Shown here piece after piece: positions 26,170-39,500 of a DNA stretch of 64,000 bases. Each line of letters starts with the position of its first letter. Position 1 is the stretch's first letter. The notes below the pieces were generated by a model. The model was not told the DNA's origin. It ran no database searches and worked only from the letters and a program-made list of their open reading frames with translations. The position numbers and the translations under genes are program-made. Source of the DNA: Octopus vulgaris (lineage: Eukaryota); NCBI GenBank assembly GCA_951406725.2, contig OX597836.1, positions 7,998,001 to 8,062,000 of the forward strand, read 5' to 3'.

Positions 26170-26493
26170 CTGCAATAAGTAATATGATCCGTGTGGCAAG
26201 TACGGTCCCATAATCATTCTTCACGTAGCAATCATAAACCCCTTCATCATTCCGTTTCTTCCCTTTTTTCCGTCTGTTCAAAACTTGCCGAAAAAACAAG
26301 GTGTGATTCTGTAAGACGGAAATTCTACCTCGAGGTATAATTGTATTCTCATTCTTCTTCCATACGACAGACCTTGTGTGGACTGTTGACGACACAGAGC
26401 AATTTAGAACCAATGGACTATTTGACTGTGCTATCACTGTGTAAGGTTGTTTGATGATTTCAATACCCGGTTGTATTTCATATCCCAGACCAT
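26170..26493 (-). CDS. Internal coding exon: first Ig domain of a DCC/neogenin/protogenin (IGDCC) family cell-surface receptor, most protogenin-like
   Basis: Translation DGLGYEIQPGIEIIKQPYTVIAQSNSPLVLNCSV..VVWKKN..RISVLQNHTLFF..NDEGVYDCYVKNDYGTVLATRIILLIA has the Ig Cys/Trp/D-x-G-x-Y-x-C pattern and the basic insert before DEG seen in DCC/PRTG Ig1. Acceptor ctttctctcatttctctttgcatctAG (AG at 26495-26494), donor GCAG|GTATGT (GT at 26169-26168). Length 324 nt, phase 1-1. Confidence 0.9.
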
Positions 26494-26777
26494 CTAGATG
26501 CAAAGAGAAATGAGAGAAAGGTTATTAATTTATATAGGCACATATTGTGTAGCATATAATCATATATTGGATAACAAATACACATGTACATAAACATGCA
26601 ATGTGTCATATAAATATTTAGATTTTAACTATACACAAACACGTGTGTGTGATGACATGTGGATTGCAACAATATTAAATCTAAGGACAAGTGCTAATGG
26701 TTGGAAAATGGAGGCGGATTTGAAGGAAGAACTCATGTTTCCAAATCATATGACAATAACAAATCTAAACCTTAACC

Positions 26778-27010
26778 CGGTAATTCTCAACCATTTTTTT
26801 TGGCTATGGACCCCCGTTGATTCTAATTTTACTAAACTGGACCCACAGAGTCACACTATTTTTATAATTAAATATTAGGAATTGTATTAAAAAAAATTGC
26901 TATAATATTTTATGTGTTACAGAAGTACAACCAATTTATTGCAGAAAAATTTTAACAAAATCTTATATGGAACCCCTAATGGTCACATGGACCCTGGTTA
27001 AGAACTACTG
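26778..27010. mobile_element. hAT (Charlie-like) MITE
   Basis: Ends CGGTAATTCTCAACC / GGTTAAGAACTACTG; perfect 8-bp TSD ccttaacc (26770-26777, 27011-27018). Confidence 0.88.
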
Positions 27011-27878
27011 CCTTAACCTATGGCATGGATTTGTTGGTACCTTAAGGGCCAAATGGAGCAGGTTGATGAAAGAAAGGGTAAAAAATATGAAGGACTTAGG
27101 AATTCATCTGTGGATTATGACAGTGTACAGTGCCTCCAAAGGAAGTAGGATGTCATAGGTTTGTTGCTAGACTCATAATCTCTTTCGCAGGCAAAAAGTG
27201 AAAAAAGATAATAAAACACAGATATGCAAACTGCAGAGGAGTGTAGGAAAAGCTTTGTCAAGGACAAAATAGAAATATGTGAAAAGAGGGATAGTGGTTA
27301 GGGCTTTACAAGCACAATTGAGCAATGTATTGTGTTGTTGAACAAAACACTTCATTTGATGTGGCTCCAGTTCACTCAGCTGGCAAAAATGAGTCACAGC
27401 TAGCATCTGATCAGGCGTTGGGTGTAATCGCAGATGCTAATACACCATGGAAACTAGGCTACGCTCTGGTCTCACAGGTTCTATGGCTCATGAGAAATTA
27501 AAAAAATAAGTGAAAGAAAGACAAATTCTCAATGTATATAGTAAAACCAAATAGTTGCTGTGAGGTTGGAGTGAAAACAGCTGTACCCTGTGTGGTAGCT
27601 ACATGGGCAACAGAACAAGAAGTGTGCAATAGTATCCATTAAATGAACTCTTAACATTCCTGCTGCAAGGGACTACTGTAGGGAATGATACTATCAGAAA
27701 CTCCTGAAATAATTATCTCCAGTTGACAAATTGACTAAGTGTATGTAACACACGCACATATACATACATATGTATGAACATGTATCAGGGTGAATTAGGA
27801 TGTGGTTAGTAAAAAGTTAGTCCATCATCACTGATGTGGAATGGAATGAGGTAGGTGAGCATGGAGAAGTGACATTAA

Positions 27879-28096
27879 CCCTTTCGTTACCAACCCGGCT
27901 GAAACCAGCTCTGGTTATGAGTACAATTGTCTTGTTTTCATAAGCTTTGAATTTAAATCTTCCACCAAACCTTAGTCACAATTTATGTTCCTAACCCTAG
28001 CTGAATGATAACTAAGTTATTTTACTAAATTCTCTGTTATATTTAAAGTAATTGAAAGAAACACAGCATCTCAAAATAAATATAGTAACGAAAGGG
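27879..28096 (+). mobile_element. piggyBac-type MITE, young family, copy 2
   Basis: TTAA TSD (27875-27878, 28097-28100); perfect 12-bp TIR CCCTTTCGTTAC. Confidence 0.9.
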
Positions 28097-28435
28097 TTAA
28101 GACAATAATGATGGCAAGATGATTACTTCAGAGAGATTTAACACCCATTCGTAGCAAGCTGAGCAGATGGTGGGTCAAAGACACTAGAGTAGCCCACAGG
28201 TTGCCCACAGAGTGGAGCCGAGGTAATTGATACTGTAGAGGTGGAGAAGAAAGGTGGTGCCTCACATTGTGGTACCAGAACATGTGGTGGTACTTCACAC
28301 ACCAGTGAATGGGAATGTTCTTCATTACACACTCTTCTGTTACCTTTGGACAATAATGGTTTTCCTTTTTTTTTTCATTTTATTTAAGAAGAAGAAAACA
28401 CGAGGCAGAGTTCATTACTTTACTGGCAACCTACT

Positions 28436-28826
28436 TTTATCTTTTACTCATTTCAGCAACTGAACTGCAACCATGCTTGGGCGCCACCTTGAAAAATTTA
28501 GCTGAACAAAATTGACCCCATGTCTCCCCTCCCACCTATTTCTATGTCTGATACTTGTTCTATCAGCTTCTTTTGCTGAAAATGTTAAGTTATGAGGACA
28601 TAAACAAACCAACACCAGTCATCAAGAGTAGGTGGGGGTAACAAAGACACACATATAAATATACAATGGGTTTCAACACAGTTTCCATCAACCAGATTCA
28701 CTCACAAGACAATGGTTAGCCTGGGCCTATAGTAGAAGACACTTGCCCAGGATGCCACGCAGTGGGACTGAACCTGAAACCAAGTGATAGCAAAACAAGC
28801 TTCTTAACTACACAGCCATGCCTGCA
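28436..28826 (-). mobile_element. SINE family A copy
   Basis: Reverse complement of family A from tail to head. Confidence 0.8.
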
Positions 28827-29598
28827 TCTAAACCAACTATTTTCCCAAATGGATCATGACCACCCTCCCTAATAGGACAGTTTACTGCTGACTGCTTTAT
28901 CCAATGTGTTCATCCTTTTTTCTAATATATGGCCCAGCGAGTGCGATGTGAGAGACATTTAGCTGTTATATCCAGTGACTGGAGCGATTATACAGAGACT
29001 CCCTCATTGGCTCACCTATGGGGTCACACAAGTTCTTTAACTTGATTTAAGCTTAGACTTTTTGTTTACTCGATGAAACATGCCAATGGGTGTGTTTTGT
29101 GTGTGTGTGTTATTGGTGTGAGGTTATGCTTATTGTGAAGGTGGTGTATGCTTGTGAGTGTGAACATATGTAAAGACAGAGAGAGACTATGCCTGTACTC
29201 TAGTTATGAAGGTGGTGGTGGTGAACTACCAAACTGTGATATTTCAACGAAGTCAATTAACAAAAGACTAACGAGAACATGATTTCATTATAAAACACAG
29301 GTCGAAGCTGTCAATAGGGAGTTGGAGTGTGTGTGTGTGTGTGAGAGCGAGCAAGGGAGTGTGTGAGAGTGTGGTTTGACATAAATATGTGCATATATAC
29401 ACTAATCTATATTATACAATAAATGTAGGTCATCAAATAGGTATGTGGCCTTAATTATGTATGAATATGTATGTGTGAGTGGGTATGTGTGTTGTGATGA
29501 ATATCTATATGCGAGATATACATGCACATAAAAAATGTAGGTTATCATATACACACGAGGTGGTAATTATGTACACACGCTTATACATTACAAACATG

Positions 29599-29639
<41 letters not shown>

Positions 29640-30133
29640 CACACATAAGCATATATATTTATAGAGAAAGAGAGAGACACAAACACATGCGTACATACAC
29701 ATTAAATATGTAGTGTATGTATGCATGTATTTGTCTGTGGGGGTGGGGGTGCAAGGGAGAATTGTGCATCAAAACACCATCAATTTAGGTTACCAAATTG
29801 ATTTTTTCTTTTTTTTTTTGTTGAAGAAGAAATGGAGAAAATAAATAATGGAAGGTAATTACTGTATTAGGAGTGATTAGACATATGTGGAGTGCAATGT
29901 GTATGTATGTATTATATACACATACACACACATATATATATATATACATTCAATCTATAGATGTCTTGTGCCCCACCCCCTCCTTAATTAATATTATGAA
30001 TATTTACTGAGCCCTGATGAAAAAAAAATCTTTGCCAAGACAAATTACCAAGCCTCCTGGAGTACAAGTTAACTTTTGTCATATATGTATCCTATTTATG
30101 TATTGAGTGTATGTGTGTATATATATATATATA

Positions 30134-30171
<38 letters not shown>

Positions 30172-30717
30172 CACACGTGCATCCACTCATATACGTACAT
30201 ATATATACTATCATCATCATCGTTTTTATCTTCATTGTTTCCATATTCACAAGGGTTAGACAGAATTTTTGTCAATGTTCAATCCCTATAGCCAAATGGA
30301 TGCCCTTCCTCAAGACATATGAAATGATGTAGGCACAGCTGGGTGGATAAGGGGTTCACTTCGGAATTATGTGGCTTTAGGTTGTATCTCATTGCACAAC
30401 ACCTTGGCCAAGTTTGTTCTGCTATAGTCTCATATTGATCAAAAACCTTGTGGGTGAAATTGGTAATTGGAAACTGTATGGAAGACTGTTTTGTGTGTGT
30501 GTGTGTGTGTGTGTGTGCGTGCACACACATGCATGTGTATGCACATATATGTGTATATTTATATATGTATGTGTGTGTATGTATATATATTTTATAATAA
30601 AATAATTTGGATAAATAAGTATAAGTCAATTGGTGTGTTTAAATGTTGAGTAGAACACCGGCACAGTTCAGGCTACCAGCCGACTCTAAAAATCTATAGT
30701 GAGACATCTTTATCTAT

Positions 30718-30762
30718 GTACCTGATGAGACCCAGGCTGATGGGTCGAAACATATGTTGTAC
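30718..30762 (+). ncRNA. Minimal type I hammerhead ribozyme, Penelope-like element terminal-repeat type
   Basis: gtac-CTGATGA-gaccca(ggctga)tgggtc-GAAA-catatg-tt-gtac: both core boxes, perfect 6-bp stem II, palindromic stem III, 4-bp stem I, AATAAA at 30765-30770. Confidence 0.8.
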
Positions 30763-32794
30763 CCAATAAAGGCTTAATACTGAATCCGTCTCCTGTTAAT
30801 TAATAGTGTGTGTGTGTGTTATGTAAAAACATAAATTCACACATATGCAGAGGGAAGATGTTGAGATGTACACTAATGTACGCATATACACAAATGCAAC
30901 ACACACACACAGACACCCACAATTCATTCTTGTTAATTAATACTTTTTCAAGACAAGATTTTATGTCGATATAATTGAACTACAACAACACAAACAAGAA
31001 CATCAACCGCATTAACAACAATAGTAATGGCATCTACAATTATACGATGTTGGTATGGCAGTAAGAGATGGTGAAGCAGTAAATTAGTTTAGTAGCAGGG
31101 TTGCAATGGAGGTGTTAGTGTTGGTGGTAGTATGATAATGTTGTGGCTTAGCTGTAGCTAAGCCCTAACTGAGAAGGTATATGACATTCCAACTGTGACC
31201 ATCCTATTGGATTTACGCAGAACTACATCATCCAATTCTTCCTTTCTTACAGAGGGCAGGGTGCTATTCATGGAGATTTAGCTGCTATCTATGGAGGGCT
31301 AAATAAATGACCCCTTGTGCTAGGTCTAGTGGTAATATTGGTGATGCAGTAGCTGTTGTAGTCCTCAATGGGTCATATTCAAGTCACTGTAGAAGGACGG
31401 TATCAGATGTATAAACAGTAGGTATTGAGTGAAGAGTAGATTTCACTGTTATTTCTAGCATGTTAGACAAACTCCACAACATAAAAGTTCACCTGTGTGT
31501 AGGTCAAGGCCAATCAGCTTTGATCAGCTTCAATTAATCAGTCACACATAAGAATATAGGTTTGTTTACATTTGGTCTTAATGTGGTTTGATTAATATAC
31601 ATATATATTCAGTTACGTCCCTTATATAGTTCGTAGTGCTTGTTATAGAAGTTCATTAATTACAAAGATGAGAGATGAAAAAGAATGGAAGGACAAAAAG
31701 AAGACAAAAAAAAAGGATAATCCCTAACAGAGCCGTCTGTATTGTAAACTGGATGAAAGGATAGAAAACATTGTTAAATCGAGAATATTGAAATACAAGA
31801 CTGGAAGTTATACTGAACTAGCTACATCTCCACAGATTTCAATCACACACTAACACTAAATATGAGCAGCATGTGTACGCTGACTATGATGACAGCTGCC
31901 ACCATCAGTTACCATCTTTTTTCAAAGCTGGCATGGCTTGGATGGTTTGACAGGATCTAGTGAGCCACAGAGCTACGATCAGCTCCAAATACCAGTTTCA
32001 ACAAGGGTTCTACAGTTGGCTGCCCTTTCTAATGCAAAACCACTTCACAGTGTGCACTAGGTGCTGTACTTTGTCACTAGTGAGGTTGCCAGGTAACTTG
32101 CAAGACAGAAAAAGAACAAGGAAAAGGCCCCTGCTACCAAATGTGGGGATTATTTGAGAATGGGGAGGTGGCTTTACGCTAGGTGATGAGAGACTAAAAT
32201 ATGACAGAGAGACAAGTATGAATGTTATACTATAGAGAAGATCAATGGCTACCCCACATTGCATGCAGATGAGTGGGAGTAACTGGGAAGAGGATAAAGA
32301 TGAGAGTGATGGAGCGCCAGAGCAAATTCTCAAGGAGCATGCTGGAATGGGTTGAATGGTTTCACACACACACAGATTAGATATTAGCAATGGAAGCAGT
32401 ATTGTACTAAATAGCAATCTTATATCCTACTTAATGCCAATGTAAAGTAAGAACACCATAATATTGTACTGCTCATATTGAAATGTAAAACTGTTTCATT
32501 TCTCTCCTGCCAACTTTTCCCAGAAGGGCTATTCGAAATGCTGGACTTTCTACTCCTCACAGTACATTCACTGTGCTCTTTAATTTTATTTCATAATATA
32601 AGTTTTGCTTATGCAAAACATCTTTGGAATCTGTATGTGTATGTGTCTCTCTCTCCTCCCTGCAACCAAGAGGAGCATCAACTGCATCTATCTCACTAGT
32701 TTCTAGGTGTACATTAAAAAGCCTTGGGCACAGCTCATTCCTCCAAACTTAAAGAAGAAATACTCTCTCTCACTCCGTAATAACAATTTTGTGT

Positions 32795-33445
32795 ACCACA
32801 GGAACAAGGTCTGAAATTTTGTGGGGAGAGGGTTATTTGATCACACTGACCCCAGTGCTCAACTGGTACTTAAATATTGCTAAGCATTTTGTTTGGCGTT
32901 CTAATGAATCTGCCAGTTGATCACCTTAATAACAACAACAATCCTTTCTAGCATGTGCACAAAGCCTGCAAATTTGGAGGAGGGGGATAGTCAATTGCAT
33001 CAACACCAGTACTCAACAGGCACTTATTTTATCACCCCTGAAAGGATGAAGGGCTAAGTCAACCTCAGTGAAATTTGAATTCACAATGTGAAAATGGACA
33101 AGATACTAAGATACTAAAATGGACAAGATACTATTAAGCATTTTGCCTGGCATGCTGATGATTCTGCCAGCTTACCACCTTGTTATTATAACAATAATAA
33201 TAATAATAACAACAACAATTTCAAATTATGGCACAAGGCCAGCAAGTTCAGGGGTGAGGTGGGGGGGGGGGGCACAAGTAGATTACATGAATCCCAGTGC
33301 TCAACAGCTATTTATTTTATCAAAGAATGAAAGAATGAAAGGCAAAGTCGGCCTCAGCAGAATTTGAATCTAGGATGTGAAAACAGACAAAATGCCGCTA
33401 AGCATTTTACTTGGTGCACAAATGGTCTTCTAGCTGGCCACGTTA
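32795..33445 (-). mobile_element. Three tandem SINE family B copies separated by (AAT/AAC)n
   Basis: Repeated gcacaaggcc..cccagtgctcaac..aaggatgaaaggcaaagtc blocks. Confidence 0.8.
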
Positions 33446-35334
33446 ACAATAAATAATAAAAATAATCATCAGCCAAGGTACTTCATTAAGTCCATCTAAA
33501 TTCTTAATTATTTTCAAAACCAATTAAAACAAAGAAATAGCCACAAAAAAAATTTTAAAAGTGTTGAAGTCAACTGAAAAATACAAATGTGTTAAAAAAC
33601 ACATTTCTCTTCTGTGAGTTTGGAAGAGCTGATAGTGGCGAAATGAGGGAGATGGGGGGGGGAATACGGGAATTTAATATTTCTATTGTGAATTATAAGA
33701 AAATGTCAGAATTAAAAGATAAACAATGAAATAAATCAAAACATTTTTGTTCCATGTCAGAAAAAATATAAATAATATTAGGTTTGTGTCTGTGCATGTA
33801 CTTTAATGTTTGTATTATGTACCTGTGCATTATATTACATGTATGTATGTGTATGTGTGTGCATTCACACAGCTATTTATCATTATCATTAAACATTCAT
33901 ACGCTATGCTGGCATGGGTTGAAGGACTTCATCATGCTCCAAAGTCTGCTTTGTCATGGTTTCTATGGTTGGATGCTCTTCTGAACACCAACCACTTTAT
34001 AGCATGTTTTGAGTGCTTTTATCGACCCCACCCCCAACACACAGATACATGTATGTATATATATATATGTGTCTTTATATATACAATGTTGTAGAGAAGG
34101 CACTATAGTGGCATGGAAACTTTTTTATGGAGCTGGTGTAAGAAAACAATGCATCGGTAAAGTGGTTGGAAGTAAGAAGGGCATCCAGTCATACAAACCA
34201 TGTCCAAAATGGAACATAAACAAGACATAGATTTCTGACCTGTCTTGGAGGGCAGCAATTTTCAAATAAGAATAGGCCCAATCACTGATAGTCTGCCCAA
34301 CACATGTCAAAGGGGACAAAAATGATGAGCACAATTCAATGTGTGTGTATATATACATACAGATTCAGGGTTTGCAACTTTATAGGGACAAGGCAACTTT
34401 GGGAAGTTGAATTAAGTAGATTTAGTCACAAACAATAATTTACTAGTTTATCATATATACATTTTAGTCCTTTTGATCTCAGAAACAGTGACTGGGGAAT
34501 TGGTTGAATTAAATAGTTCTGAAAGCAGGCAACAGGAGTGGCAGCATAGTTAAGAAGCTTTCTTCCTGGAAAAGCCTTAACGAGTCCCAGGGCTTATGGC
34601 AGATCTAAGTCTAAATGATTAAGTGCATGTTATTGGATGGCTAAAAATCACTGGATTGCTTTCCAATCTTAAATTTTAAAAAACAGGAAGAAAAAGTTTT
34701 AGAAAGTTTCCACAAAGGTAAATTGTATTAGGGAGGAAAAAAACCAAGTGTTTAACTTGTATACAAGAAGTTAAGGAAGAAGCTAAGATTTTAGATTTTA
34801 GAAATCTAATATGAAAGCTATCTATAAAGAAAATATATAGAAATATACTTGTGGAATTTATGTTGTAAAAAGATAGTTGAAGATTTAAGAAGGTAAGATA
34901 CTTAAAATGAAAAATGTTGAAAATGGAAGATCCACTGAGCAAAATATTTGATCAACATTTAAGCTGGAGTATTTCATGAGAAGTCACTAATATTTTTGAG
35001 ATGAAACAAACATAGGGCATTCCTGTAGAACAGGGTTAGAAATCATTTACTGAACCAAAAACTATAGTCTTCTAGGGATCAAATGGTTTTAAATATAGAT
35101 TATGAAGCTGAGGGAAGGCGCTCCCATCCTTGTTTTCAGCAAATTATCAAAGTTACTTTCAGAATTACGTTACGTATAATTTCAAAGAAACATAATAATG
35201 TTTGAATTCTAAATAGAGAAAAAGAAATTTCAGAAATAAGTCAAAGTAAAAAATTACAAGTAACAAAAAAGTGGAAGTAACCCTCCAATTCAGATTTTTT
35301 CTACAATGCTTAAAACATTCAGATTCAAACAAAC

Positions 35335-35390
35335 TACAGCTTTTTGAAGTATTGAATAATTTACAGCTTTTTGAAGTATTGAATAATTTA
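35335..35390. repeat. Perfect 27-bp tandem duplication
   Basis: tacagctttttgaagtattgaataatt twice. Confidence 0.9.
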
Positions 35391-36046
35391 CGACTTTATT
35401 CTACAGGAATGCCACATGAAGACTTTCGTCTCTGGTTAACAAGTCTATAAACATACTGGGAAGGAATACTTTTACAAAAAGTCTCAAAGAAAAAAAAAAA
35501 AAATCACCCTGGGCCCTATGTGGGAAGTTACTTTAATGCACTAAAAATCCCCCCGCCCACCCTATTACGTGCTGCTGAAATTGGAGTGCGTCTTTCATGC
35601 CATCTAACATGGTACTTATTTTAGGAGATCAAATATAGTGGGACCAGACAGGAAGTAGAGTTTACAATGGGAGATAAATCACCATGGACCTGTCTGTGGG
35701 GGGCAATTTTTGTTGGAAAAATGGCAAAACTGAAAAAAAAAGAGGGGAAAAAAAATTTAACTAGCAAAGTTGAGAAAGACTGGAATAATTGTGCTTAACA
35801 ATCTATGGAACTGTTCTAACATGTTCTTCCTGAGAGACGGACAGACATGAAGACTCCGTAACTGTCCTTTTAATAAAGGAACTGAAGGGAGTGTAAGAGA
35901 TAAAGGTCAAGAGAGAGCTTGCTCAGTCAGTTTAATCAGTTCAACCCATTTAACCAATCAGAGAGCATATGAAAGAGCCTCTGTGTGCTCATCTAACATC
36001 CTGAAAATCATAGCCACATCTTTCTCATCTAGCATCATACTGTCTG

Positions 36047-36531
36047 TAACCCTTTAGCATTTAAACTAGCCATAGCCGGATCAAAAATTGTACCTGTTCT
36101 ATGTTCAAACTGGCCAGATTTGGCCTCACACCTATCAGTGGAGGCACATGGCTAAGTGGTTAGGGTGTTGAACTCCTCCTGATCATAAGACAGTAATTTC
36201 GATTCCTGGACCAGGCAGTGCTTTGTGTTCTAGAGCAAAACACTTCACATTGCTCCAGTCCACTCAGTTGGCAAAAATGAGTGATCCTGTGATAGACCGA
36301 TGTCCCGTCCAGGTTGGGAATGATATATACACCATGAAACAAGGAAACTGGCCTTTATGAGTCAGCACGACTCAAAGGTAACTCTCAAAGGTAACTACCC
36401 TACAATGTCATTCTCAAAATATAAAAGCACATCATAAACATCTCACAGCCATGAGATAATGCATGAATAATTCAAAACAGCATGAATAAATAAGTTTTAC
36501 ATTTGACAGAGTAATCTGAATGCTAAAGGGT
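36047..36531. mobile_element. piggyBac-type MITE interrupted by a SINE (~36137-36390)
   Basis: taaccctttagcattt..aatgctaaagggtg; the MITE body resumes (accctacaatgtcattct) after the SINE. Confidence 0.75.
36137..36390 (+). mobile_element. tRNA-derived SINE family E (V-domain-like)
   Basis: ggaggcacatggctaagtggttagggtg..ttgtgttctagagcaaaacacttc..ttgctccagtccactcag; copies at ~37710-38010(-), 52475-52760(-), 27290-27490 and 50655-50985. Confidence 0.75.
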
Positions 36532-39500
36532 GAAGGAAAGAACACATTGGATAATGCAGTCACTCATATATGTGTACATATAGTCATGGTCTTTTAACAT
36601 CTAAGACCATCTAAGGTTTATGGTAAAAGACATTCGTACAAGGTACCATAGAGTGGAATTGAAACAGAGAATCATGGGTCTGTGAAGCAAACTTCTAAAC
36701 CAACATGGTCATACTTGTGTGACAATAAGCATAAATATAACGAACCTGAAAGCACTTAGTTCTGATTTCAAATGAAACAACTGAGAGATAAAATTCCTCT
36801 TGGATAGGACGCTAGTTTTGTCAAAGATAAAACTCCCCAATAAATCTGGCAATTAGTCCCACTGTCAACATTAAGGGAAAATGGGTCATGTCAGAATGTT
36901 TTCAGCATCTGAAACAAGCATAATGGAATTGCCCTTTTCTCTCATACATTACCACCTGCACCCTCCTCCTCACCTCCTAAGGAGTTGGGGCAATCCCTTA
37001 GGGGTCAGTCTTGCACGCTGCATAGCAACCTCTACCAAAAAACCTTTAGGATAAACCTTAAGTTTCAGTTACATACTCATTAAAATAAATCTAAGGTTTT
37101 AGTCACAAAACCTTTAGAACAAAACCTTAAGATGCAGTCAAGAAATCTTGTAGATAGTTCTGGTCCTTGCATTCAGGTGGAAGAATGGTGTAAGAATAAA
37201 CTTTATTATAAAGGCACCCATAGCGCAGAGATGGTGGTGTTAAACAAGGAGTCTATGACACTTCATGTGTTCTTTTCTAAAGTAATATAGCATGATTCAA
37301 AGAGATTCAGTTACTATTTCTAGTATGGCATTTGATAAACAGTAAACAGGATGCAACAGTGTAGTCTGCCACATTGCATTCCATGCAATTCATCACTGTG
37401 CTCAGCAACCATGTGGTTTCATGTTCAGTCCCACTATGAAGCACTTAGGGCGAGTGTCATCTATTATAGCCTTGGGTCAACCAAAGCCTTGTTAGTGAAT
37501 TTGGTAGATAGAGGGAAACTAGAAGAAGCTTATCTTATGATGCTGTTGCTACTAATGATGATGATGAAGTATCAACAGATGTAAAGAAAAAGGGTAGTCA
37601 GGGAGAGGGTGCAATATGTTCACACAGTCCATCAGTGCATGTCGAGGCTTATATTATGATCCTAAGAAAAAAGGGGGGAAATATCAGAGACAGTGTTATT
37701 ACTGAATCAATAAGCTGGTACTCTGTCAGTTACAAGGGTTCCAGTTGATACGATCAACAGAATAGGCTGCCCATGAAATTAATATGCAAGTGGTTGAGCA
37801 CTCCAGACACACACACACACCCTTAATTTAGTTCTCAAGATTCAGCATGGCCTTTTATTTTAAAAGGCACTACTCATTTTTGCCAGCTGAGTGGACTGGA
37901 GCAATGTGAAATAAAGTGTTTTGCTCAAGGACACAAAGCACCACTGGGAAGTGAACTCACAACTCTATAATGTAAGCCAAATACCCTAGCCACTGAGCCA
38001 TGTGCATTCACAACCTGAAGCTATACAAAGAACAACAGCAAGTACTGTACTGAAATAAATTGAACTGTGAAACGAGTGCAATATTTCCAGATCATTACAC
38101 ATGACTTCCATATTAAACCAACAGTGTATGTCAGAGTTTGCAGTATGGTATATTTAGACAGATTTCTGGGCCACGCTTAGCTGTTTGTTCTGTTCATAAG
38201 ACTGTTCAATTAGAGCTGATATGTAGCTTACACAACAACAGCCACAAATCTGCAGAACAAGTATGATCAATTATATTGATCTTTGGGACCATGTGACTGA
38301 TATTTCTTTCATCAACCCTTGGTAAGATGAAAGGCAAAAATCAATCCTGACAAAATTTCATCATCATTTAGCGTCTGTATTATATACAGGCATGGGTTGG
38401 ATGGTTTGACATGATCCAACAGGTCAAGATCCGATGTCTATTTTGGTATAGTTTCTATGGCTGAATGCGCTTCCTAACACCACCAACCACTTTACTGAGT
38501 GTGCTGATGACATTTTCATGCCACCAGCACAAGTGAGGTCGCCAAGTAGCTTGCAAGATAAGATCCGTTGATGGAGGAGTTTATAGTATTGAGGGAGGGG
38601 ACTTATGTCAGGAGCTGAGAAGAGTATGATAAAGGGACAAGAACAGGTGTCTTGCTGTAAAGATACAGGGGTATTCCAGCTTGAAAAGGTGAGATGGTGA
38701 TGATGGTAAACCCTACTTTTTTCTGTTGAGGGCCTATATGCCCCAGTATCAGACTATTTACCTTAGTCAATGCACAGTGCTTGTTTACAAGCTTTAAGCT
38801 TACAAAACATTATTATTATTTACAGATTTGTAAAATTCAGCACTGCTTACCAAATAATCGCATTAATATTATTTTTGTGGTTCCTATCAAGGGCAGTAGA
38901 ATGGCAGAATATGAGCATTGGTCAAAATTTCTTATGGTATTTGTGTTATGAATTCAAATCCTGCTAAAGTCCAACTTTCATGCTGGTAGAGTTGAATAAA
39001 ATAAAGTGACTAATCGAAACTGCTCCCTAATGCCAAATTTCTGAATTTATTCTATTCTTGTTGTCATCATCATTGCTTTAACATCCAGTTTTCTATGTCT
39101 GTATGCATCATACAGAATTTGCCAAGGCAAATGTTCAGAAAATGCCCTTTTTGTTGACAACCCTCACCTGTTTCTAAACAAGGTAATATTTCTCCACAAG
39201 ACAGACATGCATTGCTCAGAAGGCTGGAAACGTTGGATATGGCTTTCATATCCTAACAATTGCACACAACTATAATATGATGTCAAAGCAAAGAGACAGT
39301 GACATACACGACAAGTTTCAGTTTCTGCCTACCAAATCCATTCAGAAAGCTTTAGTTGGTCCAGGGTTACAACAAAAGACACTTACCCAATGTGTCACGC
39401 AATGGGATTGAACCCAAAACTATATGATTGGGAAGCAAATTTTTTAACCACACAACCTTACTAACAATTACTATCCATCTTTTCATCCCACTCCGTTCCT

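Noticed and set aside
27020-27730. Possible LINE remnants (MKDLGIHL; CTLCG)
   Set aside because: Motifs too short to call without a search.
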